DNA of 27,491 nt. Source: a virus. Taxonomy: Duplodnaviria; Caudoviricetes. A program made the translations under genes and the position numbers. Where the stretch lies: the IMG/VR virus record IMGVR_UViG_3300027756_001482, positions 1-27,491 of that record. One strand, given 5' to 3'. Position 1 is the first letter of the stretch. Each line of letters begins with the position of its first letter. Under the pieces are notes generated by a model that was not told the origin of the DNA, ran no database searches, and saw only the letters and a list, made by a program, of their open reading frames with translations. Shown piece by piece: positions 1 to 8,128 of the stretch.

Positions 1-794
1 TCCAGTGTCAAGTCAAGATAGTGACAGCGTGATTGCAGTGCATCCAAGTGATCACGCAATTTTTGACTCTTCATAGTGTCAAACTTCAAGTTGGTGATAA
101 AGATCACCGAACCTTTGAACTCGAAACGATCAGGAATGCCTTCGCGGCGCAGAGCACTTGACTCTGACAACCATGAAATAGTACGTTTCTTGCCGGAGTC
201 TAATGCACCCTTCAACAAGTTCAGGGCCACGTCGTCCAGCAAAATACTGTCACAGTCATCAAACACCAACACACAATTGGCATCTGAATACTTGTACAGA
301 GTTTGATACAAGCCAATGGGCGTGGCACTACCTTTCACAACTTCGGCACGAAGGCGCTTGCCTGCCAATTTGTCAAACAGTGTGGCCTTTTCGATTTCAC
401 GCTCGACGCCAAAGCTCTTGCCCACTCCAGGAGGACCTGACACAATCATGGCACGGATGTCACCGTTCACACAGGCTTTGGTCATGTCGTTAAGAATGTC
501 AAAACGCTCGCGGATGCGAGTCATAATTTGATCTTCGGTTTCAGTTTCAGTTTGTGCGGCAACAAAGGCCACGGTGTTGTCATTACTCACTGCTTCTCCA
601 TTGACATACTCGATGTCTTTGATGTTGTTGACTCGGATACGGATGGTGTCGGGACAATCAGGAAAGGTCCCATTGTTTTCTACTGTCACAAAATTACCTT
701 TGGCGCCCGTCTGATAACCGGACACAAGATTGAAAGCGATATTGCGAACGGGTTTGTTGCGATACACACCTTTGATAACTCGAATTGCACTCAT
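1..794 (-). CDS. AAA+ family ATPase, 3'-truncated by the window edge
   Basis: Not in the ORF track; manual translation from ATG at 794: MSAIRVIKGVYRN...AMIVSGPPGVGKS (Walker A)...VLVFDDCD (Walker B)...VIFITN (sensor 1)...ALQSRC (Arg finger). SD AAAGGAG at 801-807. Confidence 0.85.
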   Translation of the reverse strand, partial: MSAIRVIKGVYRNKPVRNIAFNLVSGYQTGAKGNFVTVENNGTFPDCPDTIRIRVNNIKDIEYVNGEAVSNDNTVAFVAAQTETETEDQIMTRIRERFDILNDMTKACVNGDIRAMIVSGPPGVGKSFGVEREIEKATLFDKLAGKRLRAEVVKGSATPIGLYQTLYKYSDANCVLVFDDCDSILLDDVALNLLKGALDSGKKRTISWLSESSALRREGIPDRFEFKGSVIFITNLKFDTMKSQKLRDHLDALQSRCHYLDLTL

Positions 795-837
795 TGTTGG
801 CTCCTTTGAAATGCGGTTGTTTACTGTTTATGTCTCT

Positions 838-866
838 ATTATAGCAAACAATGGATTATTGGTCAA
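838..866 (-). promoter_or_regulatory. sigma70-like early promoter TTGACC-N17-TATAAT for the ATPase gene
   Basis: ggtcaa 861-866 and attata 838-843 on +, 17-nt spacer. Confidence 0.8.
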
Positions 867-1038
867 CCGGGGCAAACAGTTCTTGCCCTTGTTGCACAAA
901 AACAACAAATGCTTCCATTGTGCGCTCACTGTAGATCATGCGACCATGTTGTTTGATGTCTTGTAAAACTTCCAACAGGCCCATGCCCTGGAACTCTGCT
1001 TCTTTTTGTATTTGTTTGACTGCTGTTGCGATCTGCAT
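856..1038 (-). CDS. small hypothetical early protein (60 aa)
   Basis: ORF with SD AAAGGAG just upstream and its own sigma70-like promoter. Confidence 0.75.
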   Translation of the reverse strand: MQIATAVKQIQKEAEFQGMGLLEVLQDIKQHGRMIYSERTMEAFVVFVQQGQELFAPVDQ

Positions 1039-1065
1039 AGTGGCTCCTTTTTGCTTTGTATGTGG

Positions 1066-1118
1066 TTATTATAGCATTTTGGCAATTATTGGTCAAGTGC
1101 TACAAAAGTGTTACTTTT
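1066..1118. repeat. 53-bp promoter/stem-loop cassette, copy 1
   Basis: 51/53 identical to 1375-1427; contains the -10, the -35 and the inverted repeat CAAAAGT-gtt-ACTTTTG (1103-1119). Confidence 0.9.
1068..1096 (-). promoter_or_regulatory. sigma70-like early promoter TTGACC-N17-TATAAT
   Basis: ggtcaa 1091-1096, attata 1068-1073. Confidence 0.8.
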
Positions 1119-1346
1119 GGATTTCTCAGCGCCAACAATTTCCCAATGATTTCCGTCACATTTGACAAAAATCTTACGACCAAAAACTGTGACAAAACCA
1201 TACTCACCGTCTTGATAGACGTTGACCGGATCTGGGACGATGGTCACAGTGCGGGGCGTCTCACAGTAATCCCAACGTCTGGTAGGCAGTTTATTTTTGA
1301 AATACATGTAATTTTGACTACCTGTAACAAAAAGTTTTACCTTCAT
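1086..1346 (-). CDS. small hypothetical early protein (86 aa)
   Basis: ORF between two repeated promoter cassettes; purine-rich AGAGGG upstream of ATG. Confidence 0.7.
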   Translation of the reverse strand: MKVKLFVTGSQNYMYFKNKLPTRRWDYCETPRTVTIVPDPVNVYQDGEYGFVTVFGRKIFVKCDGNHWEIVGAEKSKSNTFVALDQ

Positions 1347-1374
1347 AATCTGCCCTCTTTTGCGTTGTATGCCA

Positions 1375-1427
1375 TTATTATAGCATTTTGGGAATTATCG
1401 GTCAAGTGCTACAAAAGTGTTACTTTT
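1375..1427. repeat. 53-bp promoter/stem-loop cassette, copy 2
   Basis: Direct repeat of 1066-1118 at a 309-bp offset; inverted repeat AAAAGT-gtt-ACTTTT at 1413-1427. Confidence 0.9.
1377..1405 (-). promoter_or_regulatory. sigma70-like early promoter TTGACC-N17-TATAAT
   Basis: ggtcaa 1400-1405, attata 1377-1382. Confidence 0.8.
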
Positions 1428-1629
1428 TGAAAGCTTCAAAGAAACGAGTATTTATTTCGTCCATTTCTGCCTGCTCCACATAGAAATCGGTGGTGGGATC
1501 GTAGTACTGGCCCGCCTTGTTGTCATAATACAACACACGACCTGAGAAGTTGAATGGCCCTTCCAGGCCCTTGCGAGCACTGTATCGGTCACGCATGACG
1601 TCTTGGGTGTCAACCACACGATATCCCAT
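1420..1629 (-). CDS. small hypothetical early protein (69 aa, MGYRVVDTQ...GLEGPF...LYYD...YYDPTTDFY)
   Basis: Start moved to ATG 1629 because SD AGGAG lies at 1636-1640, downstream of promoter 1659-1687. Confidence 0.8.
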   Translation of the reverse strand: MGYRVVDTQDVMRDRYSARKGLEGPFNFSGRVLYYDNKAGQYYDPTTDFYVEQAEMDEINTRFFEAFKK

Positions 1630-1658
1630 TGCTGGCTCCTGTTTGTTTGTAAGCCACA

Positions 1659-1687
1659 ATTATAACATTTTGAGAATTGTTGGTCAA
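1659..1687 (-). promoter_or_regulatory. sigma70-like early promoter TTGACC-N17-TATAAT
   Basis: ggtcaa 1682-1687, attata 1659-1664. Confidence 0.8.
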
Positions 1688-1692
1688 CCAGA

Positions 1693-1698
1693 TAAATA
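1693..1698 (+). promoter_or_regulatory. putative T4-late-like promoter (TAAATA)
   Basis: gaTAAATAag upstream of SD GGAG (1708-1711) and ATG 1721; same motif precedes several other genes. Confidence 0.5.
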
Positions 1699-1720
1699 AG
1701 TTTAATTGGAGACAAATATT

Positions 1721-2185
1721 ATGACTACTCGTGTTTACGAAAGATACACTTGCAAATTTAAAGATTCAGGCGGACTATTACGTCGTTACCAATACTTCAA
1801 AAACGATACACCACATGTAGATAGTTTGATAATTGTGACCGGCCAGCAATTTTTGTTTCTTGAGTCCTTGAAATCACAAGGCAAATGGAAAGGCGAAATT
1901 ATCTTGGGAGGGGAAGAAGGGTTCAGCATTGTGGATTCTTACAAGTTCTTACCATATGATCTTCCCGAAGGCCATGAAGCACTGGGCCAAACTGAGAGAA
2001 TTGGACAACGTTGGTATCTTACTGACATGACCATGGAAGAATATGATATTCAAGAACTGGCCTGGTTTACCAATCTGGATATGGTCGAGGATTGCAATCA
2101 TGTGCTTGCAGGACTGGATCAAATGCGCAATGATCCAAATGTTGAATGGCTCATGGATTGGACGTTGGTATCAACCACACCATAA
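1721..2185 (+). CDS. hypothetical protein (154 aa)
   Basis: Open frame; ATG 1721 with SD GGAG; no recognisable motif. Confidence 0.7.
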   Translation: MTTRVYERYTCKFKDSGGLLRRYQYFKNDTPHVDSLIIVTGQQFLFLESLKSQGKWKGEIILGGEEGFSIVDSYKFLPYDLPEGHEALGQTERIGQRWYLTDMTMEEYDIQELAWFTNLDMVEDCNHVLAGLDQMRNDPNVEWLMDWTLVSTTP

Positions 2186-2914
2186 CTGCTGTATTTCAGC
2201 AGCCTCAACCTGATGGGGTTTGGGCTGCCCGTGAAACACCACAACTGCTGTGTCGCCGGCTATTCTCACTCCAGCACCGGGATCGTTGAAAGATCTAGAT
2301 TCAAAATTGAATCCGCCATCAAGACACTGCCAACGGTAGCTCTGAAAATACCGGTCTTCAAAGTATCTTAGTTGATTCACATCCAGTGACGTGGTAATAT
2401 AATCTTGATCACCCGGATATTTTCGTGTTATTGCCGTGATGTCTTGGCGTTCAAAATCTTGCCACAGCCAAGAAAAACGTGAGACATTGAACCACATGAC
2501 ACTGCTGTTGAGCCCACTGAATCCTGATCTTTGTAGATATCTGAAATCTCGTATGCCCCAAAAATAATCTGTATGACACCGAGTGATCCAAGAGATGTCT
2601 CTCACAATCACTGTGTCAAGATCAAAGTACAACATATTTCCTTGATAGTGTTCGGGATTGAACAACTGCATTTTGTACCACCATGATCTTTTGAGTCCCG
2701 ATACACCAGGCCATTCAGTCAAACAGTGTTTGATCATGTGGGGGGGCACTGACCGATCATGTTCAGTATACACATGTAAACGGATACCCCCAGGCAAGGC
2801 ACGTGTCAACATATTGTACAAATGTTCTACATAAATCCAACTGTAACCTGATCCGTGTATCACACACGCACAATCGGTCACTGTGTCAGTTCGGTTCTGA
2901 TTCTTTTTAGCCAT
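2171..2914 (-). CDS. GT-A fold glycosyltransferase (GT8-like)
   Basis: WWYKMQLF, DxD motif LYFDLDTVI, NSSVMWF, GDQDYI, VVFHGQPKPH. Confidence 0.8.
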   Translation of the reverse strand: MAKKNQNRTDTVTDCACVIHGSGYSWIYVEHLYNMLTRALPGGIRLHVYTEHDRSVPPHMIKHCLTEWPGVSGLKRSWWYKMQLFNPEHYQGNMLYFDLDTVIVRDISWITRCHTDYFWGIRDFRYLQRSGFSGLNSSVMWFNVSRFSWLWQDFERQDITAITRKYPGDQDYITTSLDVNQLRYFEDRYFQSYRWQCLDGGFNFESRSFNDPGAGVRIAGDTAVVVFHGQPKPHQVEAAEIQQLWCG

Positions 2915-3729
2915 AGTCCTTCCCGTAGTTCTTGCACAGTATATTCAGTGTGGCATATCTTGATCAACCAGGCTTCCCTGTCTATTTCATAAGGTTGTTC
3001 AATGTCTGCATACCCCACTGCCACAGGATATGCCAAACTTGATTGATCCACGATGGGTCTGCAGCCCGAGATCGCTGCTTGTATGCCCGGTCCCGAATTG
3101 AGGTTTACAACTGCATGACAATTGAAGTGCATGTCAAATCCATCATAGGTGTTGGGCACGGGTCTAGCAACTTCTATTGTGGTATTTTCGGGCAGGTATG
3201 GCATGCGCAGTGGACTTCGTGGATGTGCTCGTATGCGTATGGGACGGTCTGTTGAGTTTCTCAACAGTTGTATTTGTGTTAATATCCATTCTTCCATGCT
3301 ACCTAGACCAGCAACTTGTAAACTGCGTTGATGTTGTGCGGCAATAACAATTTCTGGTCTAGTACTGAGCTGATTGGCCAAACTTATACGTAACTTTGCA
3401 GGGCGGCCTGAGTCTAAATTTTCTTGATGACCGTAATATCCTGCACTGGTAATATGGTTCACAGCCACTTTCCACGTTTCGCCACGATACAATGCACCTA
3501 CTTCGATAATTATCACTGGCCGGCCTTGACTGCGATAGTGCTCATACACTGCTTGATTTGGTCGCATTCTACCATGCCACAACACTGACCAGATTACCGC
3601 AGCATCAGCGTCCCAGACATTCTCTCTTGTTTGTATTCCGGCCGCTTGACAACAATCCAAAAAAGCTGCCATCACTGGTTTTGAATTCATTGCACACTGG
3701 GCAGGAAAATAGGCTATGGTTTTGATCAC
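2878..3729 (-). CDS. KpsC/KpsS-like (Capsule_synth) GT-B glycosyltransferase, paralog 1
   Basis: IEVGAL, TDRPIRIRAHPRS, CHAVVNLNSGPGIQAAISG; likely GTG start at 3729 avoids overlap with the divergent gene. Confidence 0.65.
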   Translation of the reverse strand: MIKTIAYFPAQCAMNSKPVMAAFLDCCQAAGIQTRENVWDADAAVIWSVLWHGRMRPNQAVYEHYRSQGRPVIIIEVGALYRGETWKVAVNHITSAGYYGHQENLDSGRPAKLRISLANQLSTRPEIVIAAQHQRSLQVAGLGSMEEWILTQIQLLRNSTDRPIRIRAHPRSPLRMPYLPENTTIEVARPVPNTYDGFDMHFNCHAVVNLNSGPGIQAAISGCRPIVDQSSLAYPVAVGYADIEQPYEIDREAWLIKICHTEYTVQELREGLWLKRIRTELTQ

Positions 3730-3731
3730 TG

Positions 3732-3737
3732 TAAATA
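3732..3737 (+). promoter_or_regulatory. putative late promoter TAAATA
   Basis: 5 nt upstream of ATG 3743, at the head of the plus-strand operon. Confidence 0.55.
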
Positions 3738-3742
3738 CACCG

Positions 3743-4546
3743 ATGAAATACACTGTAGTTACCACTTTCAATGCCCAAGGATACAACTCTTACGGCCGTC
3801 GTATGATACAAACTTTTCTGCAGAATTGGCCCCAGGACATACTGCTCCGAGTGTATGCCGAAGGATGCCACGTAACTGAAACAGCACCCAATTTACAAGT
3901 GTTGGATCTGGAAGGTGTCAGTCCCGAATTAGTAGTATTTAAAAACACCTGGCGTGATGTGCCCAAGGCCAATGGAGATGTCACAGCAGATCCCGTTAGA
4001 TCAAAAAGAAAAGATGCAGGCAAGGGATTCAAATGGCATGCTGTGAGATTTGCTCACAAGGTGTATGCTGTATTTCATGCTGCCAATAATTGCAACACAG
4101 AATGGTTGATTTGGATGGATGCTGACATGGTGTGTCACAGCCCAATGACTGTGGAGAAATTATCCAAATTCTTTCCAGACTCAACAGATCTTTGTTTTGC
4201 TGGGCGCAGTAGAAAATTTTCTGAATGTGGCCTATACGGCATGCACATCACTGAGCCAGCAGTGAGATCCTGGCTGGCAGAGTTTCAGCAAATGTATGAT
4301 GATGCCGAATTGGGTATATTCACCTTGGACGAATGGCATGACAGTTATGTATTTGATGCAGTGAGAAAACGTCATTCCCTGCGAGACCTCAATTGGACAG
4401 CACATTTGCAAATGGGCGAGGGCCATCCCTTGATCAACTGCGAATGGGGCGCATACATTGATCATCTCAAAGGCGAGCGCAAAAGTCTTGGCCGAAGTCG
4501 ATCATCAGACATACGAGTGAACAGAAACGAAAGTTATTGGAGATGA
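3743..4546 (+). CDS. GT-A fold nucleotide-diphospho-sugar transferase
   Basis: VVTTF start, RFAHKVYA, DxD motif WMDADMV, SECG, EWHDSYVFD, DHLKG. Confidence 0.75.
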   Translation: MKYTVVTTFNAQGYNSYGRRMIQTFLQNWPQDILLRVYAEGCHVTETAPNLQVLDLEGVSPELVVFKNTWRDVPKANGDVTADPVRSKRKDAGKGFKWHAVRFAHKVYAVFHAANNCNTEWLIWMDADMVCHSPMTVEKLSKFFPDSTDLCFAGRSRKFSECGLYGMHITEPAVRSWLAEFQQMYDDAELGIFTLDEWHDSYVFDAVRKRHSLRDLNWTAHLQMGEGHPLINCEWGAYIDHLKGERKSLGRSRSSDIRVNRNESYWR

Positions 4547-5346
4547 TATTTCTCAGCAAGAACGGTGATGACGAATATATTGACATGTATGCACACGGGC
4601 TTGGGCTTGAGTCTACACCCTTGGAGACCTGGCGTTACGAGGACAGCACAGAGCCACTAATGCTACGTGGCATCATGAAACACAAGATCATCAAACAGTG
4701 TTGGGCAAATCAACGCCCATTTAGATACATGGACTCAGGATATCTGGGCAATCGTCCCAGTTCAAAAAATCCTTATGGGTGGAAGCACTGGCACCGCATT
4801 GTGCCCAACAACTTGCAACACGATCAAGTGATACCACGTGCTGGTGATCGTTGGAGTCAGCTGGGCATAACCATTGCGCCGCGTCAACATGGCAGTTCAA
4901 TATTGATCGTGGCGCCCGATGAAAAACCTTGCCAATTCTACAACGTGACATTAGAAACATGGATCAATGAGACCATTGAAACTATCAGGCAACACACTGA
5001 CAGACCCATCGTCATGCGTGAACGCAATCGCAGCCGTACTCAACGCAAACACAATCGTGTGGAACATGCCCTGCAGGATGTGCATGCCGTGGTAACATTC
5101 AACAGCATTGCTGCCACTGAATCGGTCCTGGCAGGCACACCTGTATTTGTTTTGGCACCATGCAATGCAGCTCGTCCTGTAGCCAACCTGGACTTGAGTA
5201 AAATTGAGACGCCTTGGTTTCCTGATTCAGATCAAATACACGCCTGGGCCTATCATTTGGCCTATGGGCAGTTTCACATAGACGAATTTCGAAACGGCAC
5301 AGCCGAGCACATAATTAAACAAACTGAGGAGATACTGAATGATTGA
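4543..5346 (+). CDS. KpsC/KpsS-like glycosyltransferase, paralog 2
   Basis: LRGIMK, YMDSGY, HTDRPIVMR, HAVVTFNSIAATESVLAGTP, LAYGQF; ATGA overlap with the upstream stop. Confidence 0.65.
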   Translation: MIFLSKNGDDEYIDMYAHGLGLESTPLETWRYEDSTEPLMLRGIMKHKIIKQCWANQRPFRYMDSGYLGNRPSSKNPYGWKHWHRIVPNNLQHDQVIPRAGDRWSQLGITIAPRQHGSSILIVAPDEKPCQFYNVTLETWINETIETIRQHTDRPIVMRERNRSRTQRKHNRVEHALQDVHAVVTFNSIAATESVLAGTPVFVLAPCNAARPVANLDLSKIETPWFPDSDQIHAWAYHLAYGQFHIDEFRNGTAEHIIKQTEEILND

Positions 5347-5989
5347 GCATTATGGATGGAAATTCCCAGACTTTGAAACACACCTTCCGCGAATGTTGAA
5401 AAAAAGTGTGGACAAAGGTCTCCCAGCCGAATATCAAGTGGCTGTGCGTCGGCGAAGCATTGAGCTGTGCACCAATCGAGACCTGGCCCTGGACATTGGT
5501 GCCAATGTGGGCTTGTGGAGTCGTGACTTTGTTGGCAGTTTTGCTCGTGTGATAGCATTTGAACCAGTAGTTGTGTTTAGAGAATGTCTGGAACACAATG
5601 TGCAAGGCAAGAACTTTGAAATTCAGCCAATTGCCCTGGGTGATCAAGACACACAAGGTACCATGATCATCACTGAGGACAATTCTGGGCACAGTCATTT
5701 AGACCCTGCCACCATAGGCACTGGCAATGTGCGGGTTGTTCGACTGGATACATTGAATTTTCCTGCTGTCAGTTATATAAAAATTGACTGCGAAGGATAT
5801 GAATATCGTATCTTGCAAGGCGGGGAACAAACCATTCGTCGTTGTAGACCCGTGATAGTGATAGAACAAAAACCACACGATGCGTACAGCAAACAATACG
5901 GACAGTTTGCGGCAGTGGAGTTATTGCAATCCTGGGGCATGGTCAAACTAGATCAAGTGCGTGACGATTGGATCATGGGATGGCGGTGA
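5339..5989 (+). CDS. FkbM-family methyltransferase
   Basis: LDIGANVG, VIAFEP, IALGD, RLD, YIKIDCEGYE, PVIVIE. Confidence 0.9.
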   Translation: MIEHYGWKFPDFETHLPRMLKKSVDKGLPAEYQVAVRRRSIELCTNRDLALDIGANVGLWSRDFVGSFARVIAFEPVVVFRECLEHNVQGKNFEIQPIALGDQDTQGTMIITEDNSGHSHLDPATIGTGNVRVVRLDTLNFPAVSYIKIDCEGYEYRILQGGEQTIRRCRPVIVIEQKPHDAYSKQYGQFAAVELLQSWGMVKLDQVRDDWIMGWR

Positions 5990-6654
5990 GTGATTATTAT
6001 CTCGAAAGCGTAGCAGCTGGTCGTCGCTTTCAACAACAAAACAAAAGTTGGGCAGGATACGATGTTGTAAAATATCAAAACAAAATCCGTGATCTTGTCC
6101 GTCGTTACAATGCCCGGACCATACTGGATTACGGCTGTGGCAAAGGATTACAGTACTCTGACCCACTGCCTTATGGTGCCAAACCAGATTTGGAATTGCC
6201 CCAAGATCAATGGCAAACATTTGATCAATATCTAGGTGTTACTGTGTACTGCTATGATCCTTGTGTGGCAGAATTTGAAACACCACCACCGCCAGATGTG
6301 AAGTTTGATGGTGTGATCTGTACACAGGTATTGAACAGCATACCCGATGATGACATGACTTGGGTTCGACACACATTAGAACGTCATGCTGACAAGTTTT
6401 GTTTCATTGGCCTTAACTTTCAACGTGCGGCCAAGAGCAAGAAAATCATGTATGACTCAGCGTACTTTTGTGAATCCAGAACACGCGAGTTCTTTAAAAA
6501 ATACTATGCAGATTGGTCAGGCAGTGATTTGTTCTGGTGGTTCAAAGATCGCCCACACTATGAAGGGTGGATGGATGATCAGTTGTGCGGCACTTGGCAG
6601 GACGTGCCGGAAACATTTGTTGATAAGTACGAGTTTGTGAAAGTAAATTACTGA
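5986..6654 (+). CDS. class I SAM-dependent methyltransferase
   Basis: ILDYGCGKG, YDP, FDGVICTQVL; GTGA start/stop overlap at 5986-5989. Confidence 0.85.
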   Translation: MSDYYLESVAAGRRFQQQNKSWAGYDVVKYQNKIRDLVRRYNARTILDYGCGKGLQYSDPLPYGAKPDLELPQDQWQTFDQYLGVTVYCYDPCVAEFETPPPPDVKFDGVICTQVLNSIPDDDMTWVRHTLERHADKFCFIGLNFQRAAKSKKIMYDSAYFCESRTREFFKKYYADWSGSDLFWWFKDRPHYEGWMDDQLCGTWQDVPETFVDKYEFVKVNY

Positions 6655-7211
6655 TGATAATTGATCCCGAATATCAAGCACAATTAGCCAAAATGCACAG
6701 TCGAGGTCAATTTGTTAGAGGCAGCAAAATACTGGGAGCCGTGCGTCCATTTATAGATCAGTACCTGCCTGCCAGTATCATGGATTTTGGATGCGGGCAC
6801 GGTGCCTTAATGGCCAGTATCAATCAAGCATATCCTGATATTGTAGTAGAAGGATATGACCCAGGAAACCCCAATCACAATCACATGCCAACAAGGTCAT
6901 TTGATGCTGTGGTCAGTGCTGATGTGTTTGAGCACATTGAACCCGAACACCTGGCCAGCACGTTGCAGTTGATCGGTGATAAAATACAAATTGCAGGTTG
7001 GTTTAGAATTGCTTGTTATCCTGCTAAAAAACACTTGCCCGATGGGCGTAATGCTCACTTGATAGTGGAGTCACCCGACTGGTGGCGGCAACAACTGTTG
7101 GCCAACATGAATGTTGTTATAGTCAAAGAAAAGATCTCAGTGCTTGACAAGCGACACAAATGGCCAGACGTCGTGGGTCAAGTGTACGATGTCACTGTGG
7201 AAGTCAAATAG
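6654..7211 (+). CDS. class I SAM-dependent methyltransferase
   Basis: IMDFGCGHG, GYDPG, FDAVVSADVFEHI, DGRNAHLIV. Confidence 0.85.
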   Translation: MIIDPEYQAQLAKMHSRGQFVRGSKILGAVRPFIDQYLPASIMDFGCGHGALMASINQAYPDIVVEGYDPGNPNHNHMPTRSFDAVVSADVFEHIEPEHLASTLQLIGDKIQIAGWFRIACYPAKKHLPDGRNAHLIVESPDWWRQQLLANMNVVIVKEKISVLDKRHKWPDVVGQVYDVTVEVK

Positions 7212-8128
7212 GGCAAGAATTTTTGATAGATGCGACCTTGGCGTGCGTCCTCATCACTCCAATGTGCAGCAGCTAGATCCCATATCCATTGCTCTCGAGA
7301 AAACTTAGCAGGTGTTTCAATCTTGGCAATGTCATGATTGGCCACAGACCATGCCACACAACTAGAATCATCCACAAATACCGGTATACCAGCACACGCC
7401 GCTGCCACACTCGAACTGCTGTTAAAAAACACTGCAGAATGTGCAGTGGCTAGATTATCAACTAGACTGGTTGACAACTGATCTTGCACATGTACATTGA
7501 GCTGTTGTCGATAATGTTTGCTCCGGAATTGTTCAAAATCTTCTCGACGATAAGCGCCTGGATGAGGCCTGATCAATATGGTTCGATTGGTATGGGATCT
7601 CAACTGATCAATTTTGTTCTTTAACCAATCAATGGGATCCAGTGTTTTCATTGCAAAACCGCCATCTCTCTGCATGCAAATTAAAATATAACCATCTGGG
7701 TTTTTTTGCCGGGGTTGCAAGCTGATATTCAGCGCCTGACTTATTTCTTGCCATTTTGTCCCAGTGCTATTACGATTGGCATATTCTGCACGATCATAAA
7801 ACGGTCCGCCGACACTGTATCTCAAATAACTGCTGTGGTCATCTAAATACTTCCAACAACTGGCATCGATACACATGGTATGAAAACCCTGTCTGCGCTG
7901 ATCAGCAATGATTTGTTTGCGCAGATCAATGTTTCGACCACCTGTATTGGTAGTGGCCCAGCCCAGCATCACTGCCAGTCTGCTGGGTGTGTATCGGTGT
8001 TCCCATTCTACCACAACCGAATCTCCCGAGGCACGCACTCCCTCGGCAAAACTTTCTAAACACTCAATTTTTCTTGTGTGTTTTTTTGGGTTAGCTACCG
8101 AACTGATGTAAACCACACAATCAACCAC
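7178..8128 (-). CDS. KpsC/KpsS-like glycosyltransferase, paralog 3
   Basis: ILICMQRDGG, TNRTILIRPHPG, AHSAVFFNSSSSVAAACAGIPVF; probable GTG start at 8128 (track start 8158). Confidence 0.65.
   Translation of the reverse strand: MVDCVVYISSVANPKKHTRKIECLESFAEGVRASGDSVVVEWEHRYTPSRLAVMLGWATTNTGGRNIDLRKQIIADQRRQGFHTMCIDASCWKYLDDHSSYLRYSVGGPFYDRAEYANRNSTGTKWQEISQALNISLQPRQKNPDGYILICMQRDGGFAMKTLDPIDWLKNKIDQLRSHTNRTILIRPHPGAYRREDFEQFRSKHYRQQLNVHVQDQLSTSLVDNLATAHSAVFFNSSSSVAAACAGIPVFVDDSSCVAWSVANHDIAKIETPAKFSREQWIWDLAAAHWSDEDARQGRIYQKFLPYLTSTVTSYT

Noticed and set aside
76-966. Several short plus-strand ORFs
   Set aside because: They lie opposite the minus-strand AAA+ ATPase and 60-aa gene, which have promoters, SDs and (for the ATPase) motifs.
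838-1687. Repeats as a CRISPR array
   Set aside because: Spacing is 230-310 bp, each interval holds a gene, and the repeats are promoters; no cas genes.
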